A stretch of DNA of 64,000 nucleotides from NCBI GenBank assembly GCA_964016885.1, contig OZ024741.1:349494001-349558000 (forward strand). The letters run 5' to 3'. The notes under the pieces were generated by a model. The model saw only the letters and a list, made by a program, of their open reading frames with translations. It ran no database searches and was not told the DNA's origin. Below are positions 61,521 to 64,000 of this stretch, in pieces (position 1 is the stretch's first letter; each line of letters starts with the position of its first letter). The position numbers and the translations under genes are program-made. Source of the DNA: Eledone cirrhosa. Taxonomy: Eukaryota.

Positions 61521-62032
61521 AATGGCTGCAAACTCTGCTAAGAGTATTGCATTCGCTTGACAGATTATATAGTTCGGTCCACTCTTAGGCTACGGCCAGC
61601 CACACGAACCTGTAACAGATCTCGAACAACCAATGTCTGTGCTTTGAAGGTTTTTTTTAAGTGGGGAAAGCGCTTGCACTCGACCAATCCCTCTCTTTGA
61701 GCATCGAACGCACTACCCGAAAGGGAAAACTGGTCAACATCATCGGATGCTTCCGAAGCTACAGTTTTTTTTTCTTCAGGATCTCCCTCCCCTAGAAAGG
61801 TGTTGTGACAACAACTGGGGGCCTTTCACTCCCAGGTGAAAAAAAAAAGTACTATTTGGATGGCCGTTGACTCTGCTGAATTCCTCAGCCTTTTGCCGGG
61901 TCTTGTATTTCACCCCGCAGGCTGTCCAAATATTACCCTCTTCACAAAGCAAGCTTAGTGGGGTTGCCGGTTTAGACGCCGACGACCCAACCATGAGGCA
62001 GGTTGTACTGGGTTACATATTACTTACCTGTA
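61521..62032 (-). mobile_element. Diverged copy of the RTE-type non-autonomous retroposon
   Basis: The minus strand reads atgtaacccagtacaacctgcctcatggttgggtcgtcggcg...gtcaacggccatccaaa...gatgatgttgac...gagtttgcagcca, followed by atgtatg. Confidence 0.7.
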
Positions 62033-62096
62033 CTCACACACACACACACACCACACCACACACACCACACACACACACCACACACACACACACATA

Positions 62097-62187
<91 letters not shown>

Positions 62188-63793
62188 GAGATAGATAGAT
62201 AGATAAGTATGTATATATACATATGATTGTATGTATATATTTTCATACATATGAATTTATATATACATATATCTATACTGCTCAGACAATAGTTTCACAC
62301 GGGAAAATGTGTGAGGTATATTATTCTCCACGCGCCACGCACCTATAATCTATATTGTTTTAATACCTAAATGGATGAGCGAATACTTTTGAGTGATGAA
62401 TAAATAATCGTTGTTGACCAATTTATTTCATAGGATAATACTATATTATGCTTCGGTAGTTTATGCAAGGTTCATTTCCAGAGAGTTGGTTCAATTTTGT
62501 AGATAACAACAGATGGTATAGTTAACCGAATTTTTTGCTGTTACCAGCATGGGTCTTTAGAAAAGCACCTGGGATAAATCTTCGCAGAAAATTGCTGATT
62601 TTTATCTTATGCGCAAAATTTTATACTAAATTCCAAAGTGTTACTCTGTAAACAACTTCAAATTTATAAGATAAACTATTTCCCTTTCACTAAATATGAT
62701 GACATGTAAAATAAAAATAAATAGATGAATATAAACATTTGCATGCAGATTATCTAAATAAAAATGTTAATATATGTATACATATATACGTATATGTGTG
62801 TGTTAAGAAAAGCAAACTTTCAATAAATTTTCCAAAGAATTGACAAGACCTCCCTCCCTTCAACTAATGAGAAATGTGTTGTTGCAACAAAGATTATATC
62901 ACTTGAAAATTACACAAATATAACTAATAATATTAATAATAAAAATAATGAAAACTTTCCGTACTTAAAGAAACAAATTCAACTGTTTCCCATTAATTTA
63001 CCACCTATTTTTATTTTTAATGTACATCTGGAGTGTTTTTCTTTACAAGAGATAAGGAACATTTCGCCATTATTTTCACAATAAAAGTCATGATTAGTAA
63101 AATAACCGTAAACCTTCTTCGCTGTTGCCTTAATGACTTCAAACGTATAAGACTCTTTTATACCGAGTCAGGAATGTATTATTTCTAGATACAAGTGATA
63201 TTTAGTCAGGTTTGAGCATGGTTTTGCGTAATTTGTACTTCGTTTCTCGAAAATATATTAGTACCACTTCTTTAAAAATAACTGTTCAACACATTTAATA
63301 CATGAATTTTCTGTCGACTAATGAAATTAATATTTCATGGGAAATCTTCATGCTAATCAAAGACATACAATACGGCCATTGTTTTCAAAGTCAAGGAACT
63401 CGCTTGCAAGGTATTTTAATGTGATGGACATCCATTGATATTAGGGTAGATTATTATAGGTCTTTTATTTCTAATTTATTTTTCATTTTCATGGTACATA
63501 CCACTTATTTTCAGATGAAATGCCATTTCTAATAACATTAATTTTGTTTTCTAATATTGGTGCATATACAGAATTTTGTAGGGGTGGGACATATAGTCAA
63601 CTATATTGTGTGTAGTAATTAACTACTTCATTTTGTTGACCCAAGCATGATATAAGGTAAAGACGATTTCAGTTGCATCTAACTAAATATTATAAGGCAT
63701 TTGTCCGCTACTCTTTTGATTCAGCCAATAAAACACTTTTCTACGAACATGAATATTAAAAGCAAAATTCCAAACACAGACTTAGTATGTACA

Positions 63794-63950
63794 TGTACCA
63801 GATCTGCCATCATCATTCCAAACGGGGAATACCATGAAAAAAAGTGCCCCCAAAACGGGGTGAAGTGAGGCAAAATGGAAGATATCTCCCACCCAAAGTG
63901 GGTGGGAGATCTACCCGTCGGACGGGGAGAGTTGACAGATCTGATGTACA
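63794..63950. mobile_element. Possible small MITE with internal GC-rich hairpins
   Basis: Imperfect inverted ends cagatctgcca / tgacagatctg, with internal hairpins atctcccaccc-aaagt-gggtgggagat and cccgtc-g-gacggg. Confidence 0.35.
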
Positions 63951-64000
63951 GAACAATATACGCAGATATATTTCTGCATCAATTTCTTGAAATAACCCGG

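Overview
AT-rich, gene-poor eukaryotic (animal) DNA. The repeat landscape looks like a coleoid cephalopod such as Octopus, which is an inference from the SINE types and microsatellite load. I found no credible host protein-coding gene, and the long Y/I-rich ORFs in the track are translations of (TA)n arrays. The window holds kilobase (TA)n-derived satellites, two tRNA-derived SINE families, an RTE-type non-autonomous retroposon family, 3' fragments of RTE, Tx1/L1 and R4/Dong-like (restriction-like endonuclease) LINEs, a non-autonomous Helitron and several Tc1/mariner-type MITEs. The most striking signal is a set of about ten short, non-coding, mutually dissimilar fold-back (inverted-repeat) insertions sitting in TA microsatellites. 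Most carry a type I hammerhead ribozyme motif, two of them with a compensatory U3-A8 core. Most also share a covarying bulged hairpin in their 3' tail, and the short inverted arm nearly always stops 3-10 nt upstream of that hairpin. This fits non-autonomous Penelope-like/retrozyme-like retroelements with a shared cis-acting priming or template-boundary signal. All structures were paired by eye, no folding or database search was run, and coordinates of degenerate repeats are approximate.
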